Origin: Phenylobacterium sp.
GTDB taxonomy: Bacteria > Pseudomonadota > Alphaproteobacteria > Caulobacterales > Caulobacteraceae
DNA: 64,000 bases
Reading direction: 5' to 3'
Assembly (NCBI RefSeq): GCF_041916435.1
Contig: NZ_JAYRZM010000007.1
Coordinates: 241,651-305,650, forward strand
A program made the translations under genes and the position numbers. The notes below the pieces were generated by a model, which was given only the letters and a program-made list of their open reading frames with translations, was not told the DNA's origin and searched no databases. Below, piece after piece: positions 37,906-48,203 of the stretch; positions within the stretch are counted from its first letter, which is position 1; every line of letters begins with the position of its first letter.

Positions 37906-38388
37906 TTAGAGCCCCATGTCCGCGACGCGGCGTTCGAGCTCCTCGACCAGCGCCTTGCCGATGGGATGGTCGTCGGTCTTGATGCCGTCGCGGGCCGAGG
38001 CCTTGATCGCGTCGATGTGGCCGTCGATCAGCGCCATCGGCGCCTGGTCGCGCTTGTCCTTGTCGTCGATCAGCCGGCACAGCGAGGCGGCGATGCGGGT
38101 GATCAAGGGGAATTCGTAGGTCGTGCCCAGGCCCTTCAGGTCGTGGGCGCGCAGGTAGAGCTGCTCCATGGTCTCGGCGTTGACGCCTTCGCTCTTCACG
38201 CGCTGGCGCGCGGTCTCGAGCTTGACCACTTCGTCCTGCAGCCACTGGGCGAAATTGCCCGACAGGTTCTTCAAGGCGGCTTCCGCCTTGGCGATAGCGG
38301 CTGGATCGAAGCCGCCCAGACGGCCGCCCACCTTCAGGCGAAGGGTGTTGGGGACCTGAATCACTTGTCCGGGGTTTTGCTGGCTCAC
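37906..38388 (-). CDS. Hpt-domain phosphotransfer protein
   Basis: AHDLKGLG motif; GTG start after GGAGG. Confidence 0.8.
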   Translation of the reverse strand: MSQQNPGQVIQVPNTLRLKVGGRLGGFDPAAIAKAEAALKNLSGNFAQWLQDEVVKLETARQRVKSEGVNAETMEQLYLRAHDLKGLGTTYEFPLITRIAASLCRLIDDKDKRDQAPMALIDGHIDAIKASARDGIKTDDHPIGKALVEELERRVADMGL

Positions 38389-38464
38389 ACGCGCCTCCAT
38401 CAAGCAACGCGAATGAGTCTAGGACGCACCTGTTAACAAACGTCTTCGACGCTATTGTAGCGCT

Positions 38465-39247
38465 TTAGACGGAAAACTGCTCGGCGAGAACGCGTTCTTC
38501 CAGACTGCGCCCGGCGTCGAACAGCATGGTCAGGGTTATGTCGCGGTCTTCGGCCACGTGAACTTCCAGCACGTCGCGCACCTCGAAGTTGTCCGCCACG
38601 GCGCTCACGGGACGCTTGTCGGCCTCGAGGATTTCGAAGGTGACGCGGGCCGTGTGCGGCAGCAGCGCCCCGCGCCAGCGCCTGGGCCGGAACGCGCTGA
38701 TGGGCGTCAGCGCCAGCACCTTGGCGTCCAGCGGAATGATGGGGCCGTGGGCCGACAGGTTGTAGGCCGTCGAACCCGCAGGCGTGGCCACCAGCGCGCC
38801 GTCGCAGAACAGCTCGTTCAGCCGCACCCGCCCGTCGATGGAGATGCGCAGCTTGGCGGTCTGGCGCGTCTGTCGCAGCAGCGAGACCTCGTTGATGGCC
38901 AGGGCGCGATGCTGGCCGCGGCGGGTGTCGACCGCCACCATGCTCAGGGGATGGATCGCCGCCCGTTCGGCCGCGTTGATCCGCTCCAAGAGGTCGTCTT
39001 CGCTGTATTCGTTCATCAGGAAGCCGACCGAGCCGCGGTTCATCCCGTAGATCGGCTTCGGCGCCTCGATGTGCCGGTGAAGCGTCTCCAGCATGAAGCC
39101 GTCGCCGCCCAGGGCGACGACCACCTGGGCCCGGTCCTCGTCCACATCGCCGTAGCGCGCGGCGAGGCGCTCGCGGGCCTCCTGGGCTTCAGGCCGCTCG
39201 CTGGCGACGAAGGCCAGGCGGGTGACGAAGGGTTCGGGCTTGAACAT
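38465..39247 (-). CDS. nadK: NAD kinase
   Basis: [29 protein letters not shown]. Confidence 0.94.
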   Translation of the reverse strand: MFKPEPFVTRLAFVASERPEAQEARERLAARYGDVDEDRAQVVVALGGDGFMLETLHRHIEAPKPIYGMNRGSVGFLMNEYSEDDLLERINAAERAAIHPLSMVAVDTRRGQHRALAINEVSLLRQTRQTAKLRISIDGRVRLNELFCDGALVATPAGSTAYNLSAHGPIIPLDAKVLALTPISAFRPRRWRGALLPHTARVTFEILEADKRPVSAVADNFEVRDVLEVHVAEDRDITLTMLFDAGRSLEERVLAEQFSV

Positions 39248-39280
39248 GGGGCGCCACAAGTCCCCACGCGGCGACGCTTG

Positions 39281-40402
39281 TCAAACGGAGGAAACGGCCT
39301 GCCGGAAAGCGGCGGAGGCGACCTCCGGCGAGAACGGGCCGAACGCCCCGACGGCGCGCCGGGCGCCCTCGGCTCCGCCGCTCGGGCGCCCGCCATTCAG
39401 TTGACGGACGAGATCGAGCATGTCGGGGAAGCAGCTCTTGTCGATGCCCACGGCCGCGCAGGCCAGGGCCAGCAACTCCGGCCGGTCTGAATCGATCGCG
39501 CGGCGCACCTCTTCGAAGTCGAAGCCGCCGAGCGCGGCGAGGGCGGCCTCGAACAGCGAGATGCGGTGCTCGCGCAAGGCGCGCAGCAGATAGGCGGGCC
39601 TGAGCTGCCCCGCGGCGTGCAGCTTGGATATCAGCCGCCGCTCCATGCCCTCCCGTTCCTCGTTCACGGTCATGGGAAGCTCGTCGTCGCCCTCGCTCGT
39701 GACCGCCCCGTGGGCCGCGTGGACGGCGTGGGCGAGCTCGGCGTCCAGCGCCTGGGCGTCCAGACGGAAGCGGCCGACGAGCGCCTGGCGCAGCGATTGG
39801 CCGACCCACACGTAGAGGCGCTGGGCCATGCCAGAGGTCAGTTCCGGCCGGCGCGACAGCGGCGCGCGCAGCCCGGTCACGTGGCGCGAGGCCTCCAGGA
39901 GCTGCTCCATGTCGAACGGCGACAGCTCGGTGTGCGTGTTGTCCGCGAGCGCCGTCAGCACCGCCGGCTCGGCCGCGCTCAGGATGGCGGCGACCACGGG
40001 CGGGCCCAGGCTCGGCCGGCGCGCCACCTCGATCTGGTGCTCGACGGTGGCCTCCACGAGCAGGCGGACCAGGTCGTGATCCTTCAGCACAGGGCTTTGG
40101 GCGATGATCGGCGCGGCGATCTCCAGGTCGTCCAGGGCGAGGACGTTGATCAGGGCCGGCGGCGCCCAGGCCGCGGCGGCGAGCTTTTCGGCCAGGCGGC
40201 GGCGGATGTCCCGCTCGGCCTCGACCACCAGGCTCATGAAGATCGAGTTCAGCAGCGCCTGCACGGCCGGCGCGGCCATCGATTCCTCGCCCTCGCTGGA
40301 GTTCGCGAGGTCCACGACGGCCAGCAACAGGCGCTCGCGGTCCTGAGGACTGCGGCTCTTGGCCAGGCCAAGGATCTGCTCGGTCTTGATCGCTACGCCC
40401 AA
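39281..40402 (-). CDS. DUF2336 protein (second paralog)
   Basis: AERDIRRRLAEKLA..WAP..LI..LA.DD..IA.PII..SPVL; start approximate (TTG 40402 or GTG 40417). Confidence 0.82.
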   Translation of the reverse strand: MGVAIKTEQILGLAKSRSPQDRERLLLAVVDLANSSEGEESMAAPAVQALLNSIFMSLVVEAERDIRRRLAEKLAAAAWAPPALINVLALDDLEIAAPIIAQSPVLKDHDLVRLLVEATVEHQIEVARRPSLGPPVVAAILSAAEPAVLTALADNTHTELSPFDMEQLLEASRHVTGLRAPLSRRPELTSGMAQRLYVWVGQSLRQALVGRFRLDAQALDAELAHAVHAAHGAVTSEGDDELPMTVNEEREGMERRLISKLHAAGQLRPAYLLRALREHRISLFEAALAALGGFDFEEVRRAIDSDRPELLALACAAVGIDKSCFPDMLDLVRQLNGGRPSGGAEGARRAVGAFGPFSPEVASAAFRQAVSSV

Positions 40403-40528
40403 ACCGGGGACCCCCACCCGTTCGCTGCGCGGGACAACTTTGGACGAGCCTCCTCCCGCGAAGGTGAAAACATGTTTAAACCGGCCAAGCCGCTGAGCAG
40501 ACACACGGAAAAAGGGGAGGGACGCCGC

Positions 40529-42028
40529 GTGGCCGAACCGCTCATTCTTGCGCTCGACCAGGGCACGACCAGCACGCGGGCCATCGTGTTCGACCGGCGC
40601 GGTCAGCCCTTGCAGACGGTTGGGCGCAACCTGAAGCAGTATTATCCGGCCGACGGTTGGGTCGAGCACGACCCTGACGAGATTTTCGCCGCCGCGGTCG
40701 AAGTTCTGCGCGAGGCCGTCGAGGCCTGCGGCCGCGGCGTCGAGGCGATCTCGGCGATTGGTGTGACGAATCAGCGCGAGACGGTCGTGGTCTGGGACAA
40801 GGCCACGGGAAAGCCGATCCATCCGGCGATCGTCTGGCAGGACCGCCGCACCGCGGCCGCCTGCGACCGGCTGCGCGCGGCCGGTCACGAGCCGCGGGTG
40901 ACGGAGGTGACGGGCCTGCTGCTGGATCCCTACTTCTCCGGCGCCAAGATCGCCTGGCTCCTGGACAACGTCGCCGGGGCGCGGGTGCGCGCGCAGGCCG
41001 GCGAGCTGCTGGCCGGCACGATCGACACGTGGGTGATCTGGAAGCTGACGGGCGGGCGCGTCCACGCGACCGACGCCACCAACGCCTCGCGCACGCTGCT
41101 CTTCGATCTGCGGGCGCAGGCGTGGTCGGACGAGATGCTGCGCATCTTCGACGTTCCCGCCGCGCTGCTGCCCGAGGTGCGCGACAGCGCCGGCGACTTC
41201 GGCGAGACCGAGCCGGCGCTCCTTGGCCGGCCCGTGCCGATCCGGGGCGTGGCCGGCGACCAGCAGGCCGCGCTGATGGGGCAGGGGTGCGTGTCTCCTG
41301 GCGAGATGAAGGCCACCTACGGCACCGGCTGCTTCCTGCTGGTCAACACCGGCGAGGCCGCGCCCGTGTCGCGCTCGCGGCTGCTCACCACGGTCGCCGC
41401 CCGCGTCGCCGGCAAGACGACCTTCGCGCTCGAAGGGGCGATCTTCATCGCCGGAGCGGGCGTCCAGTGGGTCAACGAGGGGCTCGGCGTGGAGGGCGGG
41501 CCCCTGGCGGTCGAGCGGCTGGCGCAGGCGGCCCGGCCTGATCACGGCGTGGTGCTGGTGCCGGCCTTCACCGGCCTCGGCGCGCCCTGGTGGGACGCGG
41601 CCGCGCGCGGCGCGATCTTCGGGCTCACCCGCGACGCTGGGCTGCCCGAGATCGCCCAGGCGACATTCGACGCCTCGGCCCTGCAGACCCGCGACCTGAT
41701 CGAGGCCATGCGCGCCGACGCGCCCGAGGCGTTCGGCGCCGAGGCCGTGCTGCGCATCGACGGCGGCATGGCGCGCAGCGCCTGGTTCGCTCAGCGGCTG
41801 GCCGATCTGACGGGCGTGAACGTGAACCGGGCGACCTTCCAGGACACCACGGCCCTGGGCGCGGCGCTGTTCGCCGGCATCGGCGCCGGCGTCTACGCGG
41901 ACATGGCCGAGGCCGCCGAGGCCCGCCCGCAGGCCGAGCCCGTCACGCCCGCCATGGGCCGCCATGCGCGCGAGACCGCCTATGCGCGGTGGCTCGACGC
42001 GGTGGCGCGCACGCGGTCGAATACTTGA
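40529..42028 (+). CDS. glpK: Glycerol kinase
   Basis: LDQGTTSTR, TNQRET, VWQDRRT, DPYFS, GDQQAAL, YGTGCF. Confidence 0.95.
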   Translation: MAEPLILALDQGTTSTRAIVFDRRGQPLQTVGRNLKQYYPADGWVEHDPDEIFAAAVEVLREAVEACGRGVEAISAIGVTNQRETVVVWDKATGKPIHPAIVWQDRRTAAACDRLRAAGHEPRVTEVTGLLLDPYFSGAKIAWLLDNVAGARVRAQAGELLAGTIDTWVIWKLTGGRVHATDATNASRTLLFDLRAQAWSDEMLRIFDVPAALLPEVRDSAGDFGETEPALLGRPVPIRGVAGDQQAALMGQGCVSPGEMKATYGTGCFLLVNTGEAAPVSRSRLLTTVAARVAGKTTFALEGAIFIAGAGVQWVNEGLGVEGGPLAVERLAQAARPDHGVVLVPAFTGLGAPWWDAAARGAIFGLTRDAGLPEIAQATFDASALQTRDLIEAMRADAPEAFGAEAVLRIDGGMARSAWFAQRLADLTGVNVNRATFQDTTALGAALFAGIGAGVYADMAEAAEARPQAEPVTPAMGRHARETAYARWLDAVARTRSNT

Positions 42029-42090
42029 CCCGCCGGATCGGCGGGGCGAAACCTAATCGCAGATAACTTCAAGACGCATGGGAGGCCGAG

Positions 42091-42861
42091 ATGGCCGATG
42101 GTTCGCTCGCGGGCGTGATCTCGCTCAAGGACAAGGTCAGCGCCGAGGAATGGCAAGCGCGGGTGGACCTGGCGGCGCTCTACCGCCTGGTGGCGCTGCA
42201 CGGCTGGGACGACCTGGTCTACACCCACATCTCGGCGCGGATCCCGGGGCCCGAGCACCACTTCCTGATCAATCCCTACGGCATGCTGTTCGACGAGATC
42301 ACCGCCTCGTCGCTGGTGAAGATCGACCTGGACGGGAACATCCTCCAGGACACGCCCTACTTCATCAATCCGGCGGGATTCACGATCCACTCGGCCATCC
42401 ACGCGGCTCGCGAGGACGCCAAGTTCGTCATGCATCTGCACTCCGACCAGGGCGTGGCCGTGGCCGCCCAGAAGGAAGGCCTTCTGCCGCTGTCGCAGCA
42501 CGCGCTGATCGTGCTGCCGCGGCTGGCCTACCACGACTATGAAGGCATCGCCCTCAACCTCGACGAACGCGAGCGCCTGGTGGCCGACATCGGCGACAAG
42601 ACCCTGATGCTCCTGCGCAACCACGGCACCTTGTCGGTGGGCGAGAGCGCGGCCGACTGCTGGGTGGGGATGTTCTTCCTCGAGCGGGCCTGCAAGCAGC
42701 AGGTCATGGCGCTGTCCGCCGGCCGCGAAAACGTGCTGTTCGCGCCCGAGGCTTCCCAGGCCGAGGTCAAGATGCAGACCGGGCGCGGGATCGGCGGCAA
42801 GCTCGCCTGGCCGGGCTGCCTGCGCCGGCTTGATCGCGAGCTGCCCGGTTACGACGCCTAG
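42091..42861 (+). CDS. Class II aldolase/adducin family protein
   Basis: THISARIPG, INPAGFTIHSAIH, HLHS, LRNHG. Confidence 0.92.
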   Translation: MADGSLAGVISLKDKVSAEEWQARVDLAALYRLVALHGWDDLVYTHISARIPGPEHHFLINPYGMLFDEITASSLVKIDLDGNILQDTPYFINPAGFTIHSAIHAAREDAKFVMHLHSDQGVAVAAQKEGLLPLSQHALIVLPRLAYHDYEGIALNLDERERLVADIGDKTLMLLRNHGTLSVGESAADCWVGMFFLERACKQQVMALSAGRENVLFAPEASQAEVKMQTGRGIGGKLAWPGCLRRLDRELPGYDA

Positions 42862-42868
42862 ACGAATC

Positions 42869-42902
42869 GGGCCCCGGCGGCGCGCAGGCGCCGCCAGGGC
42901 CC
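42869..42902 (+). terminator. GC-rich hairpin after aldolase gene
   Basis: GGCGGCGC-GCAG-GCGCCGCC with flanking GGGCCC arms; no clear U-tract. Confidence 0.35.
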
Positions 42903-43125
42903 TGTCGTCCCGCAGTCATTAGCGTTTGTTTTCTGCGCCGGAATGGAATTTGGCGCCGTTTTTCGGCGCTCGTGTCGGGTGGGGGCGCCCAATTCCGCAT
43001 CTGTTTCAGCGCGGCAATCGCTGCGCCATCGTTCTGTAGCTGGATTGGGTATATCCGGCCTCGTCGCGTTCGGGGCCGTCGTTGGTCCTGGGCGCCTTTC
43101 AGGATCGGGACACGGAGCCCCCAGT

Positions 43126-44316
43126 TTGCTGCGTCGCCATTTCTTTCTCGTCAGTGCGCTGACGGTGCTCGTACTGATGGTCGCTGCGGCCGGCCTGAAG
43201 TTCGCGCTGGGCGGCAAGGGCCCGTCCGGCGCGAATGAACGGCCGGGCGCCGCGTCGTCCAAGGCCGGCGGCTCCGCCGGCGGGCGCAGCCGCGGCGGCA
43301 TGGGCGGCCCGACCCAGGTTTCGTCGGTCACGGTCCAGCCGCGCACGTTCGTCGACGCCATCGAGGTGCTGGGCGTGGCCAAGGGCCGCCAGTCGGTCAC
43401 GCTGAGCGCGGCCACCACCCAGCTCGTCCAGACCGTGCACATCCACGACGGCGAGATGGTGCGCAAAGGCGACGTGCTGGTCGAGCTGAAGTCCACCGAA
43501 CAGGATGCGGGCCTGGCCCAGGCCCAGGCCAAGCTGGTCGAGGCCGAGCGCGCCTTCGAGCGCTGGAAGACGCTGGGCGAGAAGGGCTTCGCCTCCAAGG
43601 CGTCGATCGACCAGTACGAGGCGGCCTACATCTCGGCCAAGGCCGACGTGGAGGCCGCCCGCGCCCGCCAGGGAGACCGCGTGATCCGTGCGCCGTTCTC
43701 GGGCGAGGTCGGGCTGACCGACATCGCGCCCGGCGCGCTCATCAATCCCGGCGCGGCGATCGTCACGCTCGACGACCTGAGCACGATCCGCGTCGATTTC
43801 GCCGTGCCTGAACGCTACATGGCCGACCTGCACGAGGGCCAGCAGATCACCGCCACCGTCGACGCCTATCCGGGCGAGATCATCACCGGCCAGGTCGCCA
43901 AGCTCGACACCCGCGTGAACGAAACCACCAGGGCGATCACCGCGCGCGCGGAGTTTCCCAATCCGGGCCACCGGCTGAAGCCGGGGATGCTCGTGCGCGT
44001 CTCCATCGCCCACGGCCAGCGCCAGAGCCCCGCCGCGCCCGAGACCGCCCTGGCCGTGGAGGGCGACTCCGCGTTCGTCTATCTCATCGCCAACCAGGAC
44101 GGGAAGATGGTGGCCGAGCAGCGGGCCGTGGTCACCGGCGCGCGCAAGGACGGCTTCGTCGAGCTGCGTGAGGGCGTCGCGCCGGGCGACCGCATCGTCG
44201 CCGACGGTCTCAACAAGGTCACGCCGGGCCAGCCGATCCGCCTGGCCGGCGCCGGCGCCGGCGCGGGCGGCGGCGTGGGAGGGGGCGGCCAGGCGCGGCC
44301 CCGGCCCGCGGCATGA
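43126..44316 (+). CDS. RND efflux periplasmic adaptor (MFP)
   Basis: N-terminal anchor, G..V.KGDVL lipoyl half, IRAPFSG, LKPGM; TTG start after GGAG. Confidence 0.9.
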   Translation: MLRRHFFLVSALTVLVLMVAAAGLKFALGGKGPSGANERPGAASSKAGGSAGGRSRGGMGGPTQVSSVTVQPRTFVDAIEVLGVAKGRQSVTLSAATTQLVQTVHIHDGEMVRKGDVLVELKSTEQDAGLAQAQAKLVEAERAFERWKTLGEKGFASKASIDQYEAAYISAKADVEAARARQGDRVIRAPFSGEVGLTDIAPGALINPGAAIVTLDDLSTIRVDFAVPERYMADLHEGQQITATVDAYPGEIITGQVAKLDTRVNETTRAITARAEFPNPGHRLKPGMLVRVSIAHGQRQSPAAPETALAVEGDSAFVYLIANQDGKMVAEQRAVVTGARKDGFVELREGVAPGDRIVADGLNKVTPGQPIRLAGAGAGAGGGVGGGGQARPRPAA

Positions 44317-47300
44317 TGCTCTCCGACATTTCCGTCCGGCGCCCGGTGTTCGCCGCCGTGGCGGCGATCATTCTCTGCGTCGTCGGCTTCGCCTCGTTCG
44401 GCGCCTTGTCGGTGCGCGAGCTGCCCAGCGTCGACCCGCCGATCGTCTCGATCCAGACCACCTACACCGGCGCGTCGGCCGAGGTGGTGGAAGAGCGCAT
44501 CACCCAGGTCATCGAGGGCCAGGTCGCCGGAATCCAGGGGATCGACCGGGTGACCTCGTCGTCGCGTGACGGGGCCTCTCGGATCAACGTCTCCTTCACG
44601 CTCAACCGGGATCTCGACGCGGCGGCCAACGACGTGCGCGACGCGGTCTCGCGGGTGGCCTCGCAGTTGCCCGACGAGGCCGATCCGCCTCAGGTGGCCA
44701 AGGCCGACGCCGACGCCCAGCCGATCATGTTCCTGAGCCTGTCCTCCGACCGGCTCAACCGCATGGAGCTGTCGGACTACGCCCAGCGCTATCTGGTCGA
44801 GCGCTTCTCGACCGTGCCGGGGGTCGCCAACGTGCGCGTCGTCGGCAGCCAGCTTTTCTCCATGCGCATCTGGCTCGATCCGGAGGCGATGGCCGCGCGC
44901 GGCCTGACCGTCGACGACGTCAAGAACGCGCTGACCAGCCAGAACCTGGAGTTGCCGGCCGGCTCGCTCGAGGCGCCCAGCAAGGACTTCACCATCCGCG
45001 TGGCGCGGGGCTATTCCACGCCCGAGCAGTTCGCCAGGCTTCCGGTGCGCCCCAGCAACCTCGGGGTGATCTCCTCCAGCACCGGCTACGTCACCCGCCT
45101 GGGCGATATCGCGCGGGTGGAAGAGGGGCCTGACGAGCGGCGCCGGATCTTCCGGTCCGACGGCGTCGACCAGGTGGGCATCGCCATCACGCGCCAGTCG
45201 CAGGCCAACGACCTGGACATCTCCAAGGGCGTGCGCGCTGCGTTGCCGGAGATCAACCAGGCCCTGCCGCCCGACACCCGGCTGAAGATCGCGGTCGACT
45301 ACACCTCCTTCACCGCCGAGGCGATCAAGGAGGTGTGGATCACCATGGGCATTTCGCTCGCCCTGGTGGCCCTGGTGAACTTCATCTTCCTGGGCACGCT
45401 GCGGGCGGCGTTGATCCCCTCGATCGTCGCGCCGATCTGCATTCTGTCCACCTTCATCGTGCTCGCCCCGCTGGGCTTCTCCATCAACCTGCTCACGCTG
45501 CTGGCGCTGGTCCTGGCGATCGGCCTGGTGGTCGACGACGCCATCGTCGTGGTCGAGAACATTCAGCGCCGGATCGACGACGGCGAGCCGCCGCCGGTGG
45601 GCGCCCAGCGCGGCGCGCGGCAGGTGTTCTTCGCCGTGGTCGCCACGACCATCGTGCTGGTCTCAGTGTTCGCGCCGCTGATGTTCATGCCCGGCTACAT
45701 CGGCCGGCTGTTCGTCGAACTGGCGGTGGCGATCGCCGCGGCGGTGTCCTTCTCGGCCCTGCTGGCGCTCAGCCTGTCGCCGATGCTGGCGTCCAAGCTG
45801 CTGCGGCCGGCCAATAGCGAAGGCTTCATCGCCCAGCGCGTGAACGTGGCCATGAACAGGCTGCGGGAGTCCTACCACGCCTCGCTGGACGCCCTGCTCG
45901 GCAGGCGCAGCGCGACCTATGCTGCGGCGACGCTCGTCGCCGTGCTGGCGGTGGCCGCGGCCGGGCTGTTCGTCATGCTGCCCAAGGAACTGGTGCCCAA
46001 CGAGGACCGCGGCCGCGTCGACTTCATGATCATGGGGCCCGAGGGGGCTGGCTTCGACTATATCCAGAGCGTCAGCCGCAAGGTGGAGACGCGGCTGATG
46101 GCGCTTCTGAAGAGCGGGGTGATCAACCGCTACGTCATCTCCAGCCCGCGGTTCGGCAACACCCAGTACAACACATCCGGCGGCAACGTGACGCTGGCCC
46201 CGCACCACAAGATCGGCTCCCAGGAGCTGGCCGCCCAACTCAACCGCGAGTTCTCGTCGATCACCGGCGCGCGGGTCATCGCCTCGGTCCGGCCGAGCCT
46301 GCAGCGCGGCGGGGGCAGCAGCTCCAGCGTCGACCTGATCCTGGTCGGCAACGAGTATCCGCAGATCGCGCGGCAGATCGAACCGATCCTCAGGGCCGCC
46401 GAGGCCAATCCGGGCATGTCGCGCGCCCGCCTGGATTACGAGCCGACCTCGCCGCGGCTGATGGTCGAGCTTGACCGGGAGAAGGCCGTCTCGCTCGGCG
46501 TCACCGCCCAGTCGGTCGGCTCGGCGCTCGAGACGATGTTCGGCTCCAGCAAGGCGACGACCTACATCAAGCAGGGCCAGGAATACGACGTCATCCTGCA
46601 GACCGACCGCCAGCGGCGCGAGACGGCCGAGGATCTCAGCAAACTCTATGTGCGGACCAGCGCGCGCACGCTCGTGCCGCTGTCCTCGGTGGTGACCACG
46701 ACCGTTCGCGGCGACACGCCCGACCGCTCGCGGGTCGACCGCCTGCGGGCCATCACCCTCAGCGTGCAGCTCAACCCCGGCTACACCACCGGCGACGCGG
46801 TGAAGTTCTTCCAGAACGAGGTCGCCAAGCAGTCCGGCATCGCCATCAAGTGGGGCGGGGCGGCGCGCGACTATCTGGAGGCCGGCGGGGCGGTGGCCGT
46901 CGCCTTCGGCCTGGCGCTGCTCCTGGTGTTCCTGGTGCTGGCGGCGCAGTTCGAGAGCTGGATCCACCCGGGCGTCATCATGCTGACGGTGCCGGTGGCG
47001 GCGCTTGGCGGGCTCTTCGGCCTGTTCATCGCCGGGTCCACCATCAACACCTACAGTCAGATCGGACTGATCATCCTGGTCGGCATCGCCGCGAAGAACG
47101 GCATCCTGATCGTGGAGTTCGCCAACCAGCTTCGCGACGAGGGCCTGTCGATCCGCGAGGCGGTGATCGAGTCGGCGTCGCTGCGGCTGCGCCCGATCAT
47201 CATGACGTCGATCTCGGCGGCGGCCGGCGCGATCCCGCTGATCGTGTGGGGCGGCGCGGGCGGCGAAGCCCGCAAGACTATCGGCGTGGTGATCTTCTTC

Positions 47301-47453
47301 GGGGCGATCTTCTCGACCCTGCTGACCCTGTTCATCGTGCCGGTGTTCTACAACCTCCTGGCGCGGTTCACGAAGTCGCCGATGCACATGGCCCGGCGCA
47401 TCGACGCCTTCGAGGAGGCCGAGCGGGCGCGCGCCGCCAACGCCGCCGAATAG
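44313..47453 (+). CDS. RND efflux permease (AcrB/D/F family)
   Basis: RRPVFA, GLVVDDAIVVVENI, KNGILIVEFA, RLRPIIMT. Confidence 0.96.
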   Translation: MMLSDISVRRPVFAAVAAIILCVVGFASFGALSVRELPSVDPPIVSIQTTYTGASAEVVEERITQVIEGQVAGIQGIDRVTSSSRDGASRINVSFTLNRDLDAAANDVRDAVSRVASQLPDEADPPQVAKADADAQPIMFLSLSSDRLNRMELSDYAQRYLVERFSTVPGVANVRVVGSQLFSMRIWLDPEAMAARGLTVDDVKNALTSQNLELPAGSLEAPSKDFTIRVARGYSTPEQFARLPVRPSNLGVISSSTGYVTRLGDIARVEEGPDERRRIFRSDGVDQVGIAITRQSQANDLDISKGVRAALPEINQALPPDTRLKIAVDYTSFTAEAIKEVWITMGISLALVALVNFIFLGTLRAALIPSIVAPICILSTFIVLAPLGFSINLLTLLALVLAIGLVVDDAIVVVENIQRRIDDGEPPPVGAQRGARQVFFAVVATTIVLVSVFAPLMFMPGYIGRLFVELAVAIAAAVSFSALLALSLSPMLASKLLRPANSEGFIAQRVNVAMNRLRESYHASLDALLGRRSATYAAATLVAVLAVAAAGLFVMLPKELVPNEDRGRVDFMIMGPEGAGFDYIQSVSRKVETRLMALLKSGVINRYVISSPRFGNTQYNTSGGNVTLAPHHKIGSQELAAQLNREFSSITGARVIASVRPSLQRGGGSSSSVDLILVGNEYPQIARQIEPILRAAEANPGMSRARLDYEPTSPRLMVELDREKAVSLGVTAQSVGSALETMFGSSKATTYIKQGQEYDVILQTDRQRRETAEDLSKLYVRTSARTLVPLSSVVTTTVRGDTPDRSRVDRLRAITLSVQLNPGYTTGDAVKFFQNEVAKQSGIAIKWGGAARDYLEAGGAVAVAFGLALLLVFLVLAAQFESWIHPGVIMLTVPVAALGGLFGLFIAGSTINTYSQIGLIILVGIAAKNGILIVEFANQLRDEGLSIREAVIESASLRLRPIIMTSISAAAGAIPLIVWGGAGGEARKTIGVVIFFGAIFSTLLTLFIVPVFYNLLARFTKSPMHMARRIDAFEEAERARAANAAE

Positions 47454-47477
47454 GCGCGCAGGCGGCGCGGCGAGCGC

Positions 47478-48029
47478 CTATTCGCCGGCCTTGCTGGTCT
47501 CGACCTTGAGGTAGGCGATCACGTCGATCTTGTCCTTGTCGCCCTTCAGGCCGGCCACGGGCGGCATCTTCACGCCCGGGATCATGGCTTGCGGGTCGGG
47601 CAGCCACTGCGAGAGCTTGTCGAAGTCCCAGGTGAAGTCGGCGTTCTTCAGGGCGTCGGAGTAGTTGAACTTCTCATGCGAGCCGGCCTTGCGGCCGAAG
47701 ACGCCGTAGAGGTTGGGCCCGGTCATGTTCGGGCCGTCGGGCGTGATCGTGTGGCACGAGCGGCACAGGGCGAAGCGGCGCTTGCCGTTTTCCAGGTCGG
47801 CGGTGTTGTAGGGCGCCGGCAGGGACGCGAGCAGCTTGGCGGCGTCCTCGCCCTGCTCTTCGTGCTCGCCGCCTTCATGCTCGGCGCCGGCCGCGGGGCC
47901 TTCTTCGTGCCCGGCCTCGGCGTGCTCGCCCTGTTCAGCGGCCGGCGCAGGAGCCGAAGGCTTCTGACCGCATCCGGCCAGAACCACGGCGGCGGCGGCG
48001 GTCACGGAGATCGTCATTAGAATGCGCAT
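47478..48029 (-). CDS. Lipoprotein class I cytochrome c (c2-like)
   Basis: Lipobox LAGC, CRSCH, GPNLYGVFGR, PGVKM axial Met. Confidence 0.9.
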   Translation of the reverse strand: MRILMTISVTAAAAVVLAGCGQKPSAPAPAAEQGEHAEAGHEEGPAAGAEHEGGEHEEQGEDAAKLLASLPAPYNTADLENGKRRFALCRSCHTITPDGPNMTGPNLYGVFGRKAGSHEKFNYSDALKNADFTWDFDKLSQWLPDPQAMIPGVKMPPVAGLKGDKDKIDVIAYLKVETSKAGE

Positions 48030-48203
48030 GGACTCTACCAACACCTCTTCTCGTGCAAACGCGCGCGCAAGCTAGCGAAGGGCGCCGCAGATGCAACGCC
48101 GATCCCTGTTCCTGAGACGCGTAATCAGCGCAATTTCGACAGGCCGCGAACGGCGGGTTCCGCCGGGCGTCGCTCGCGCCCGCGCGGCCCGGAAATCAGC
48201 GGC

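Noticed and set aside
40403-41965. Long N-terminal extension of the DUF2336 ORF, and the reciprocal extension of glpK from 39566
   Set aside because: Each is the antisense of the other real gene; true starts lie at about 40402 and 40529.
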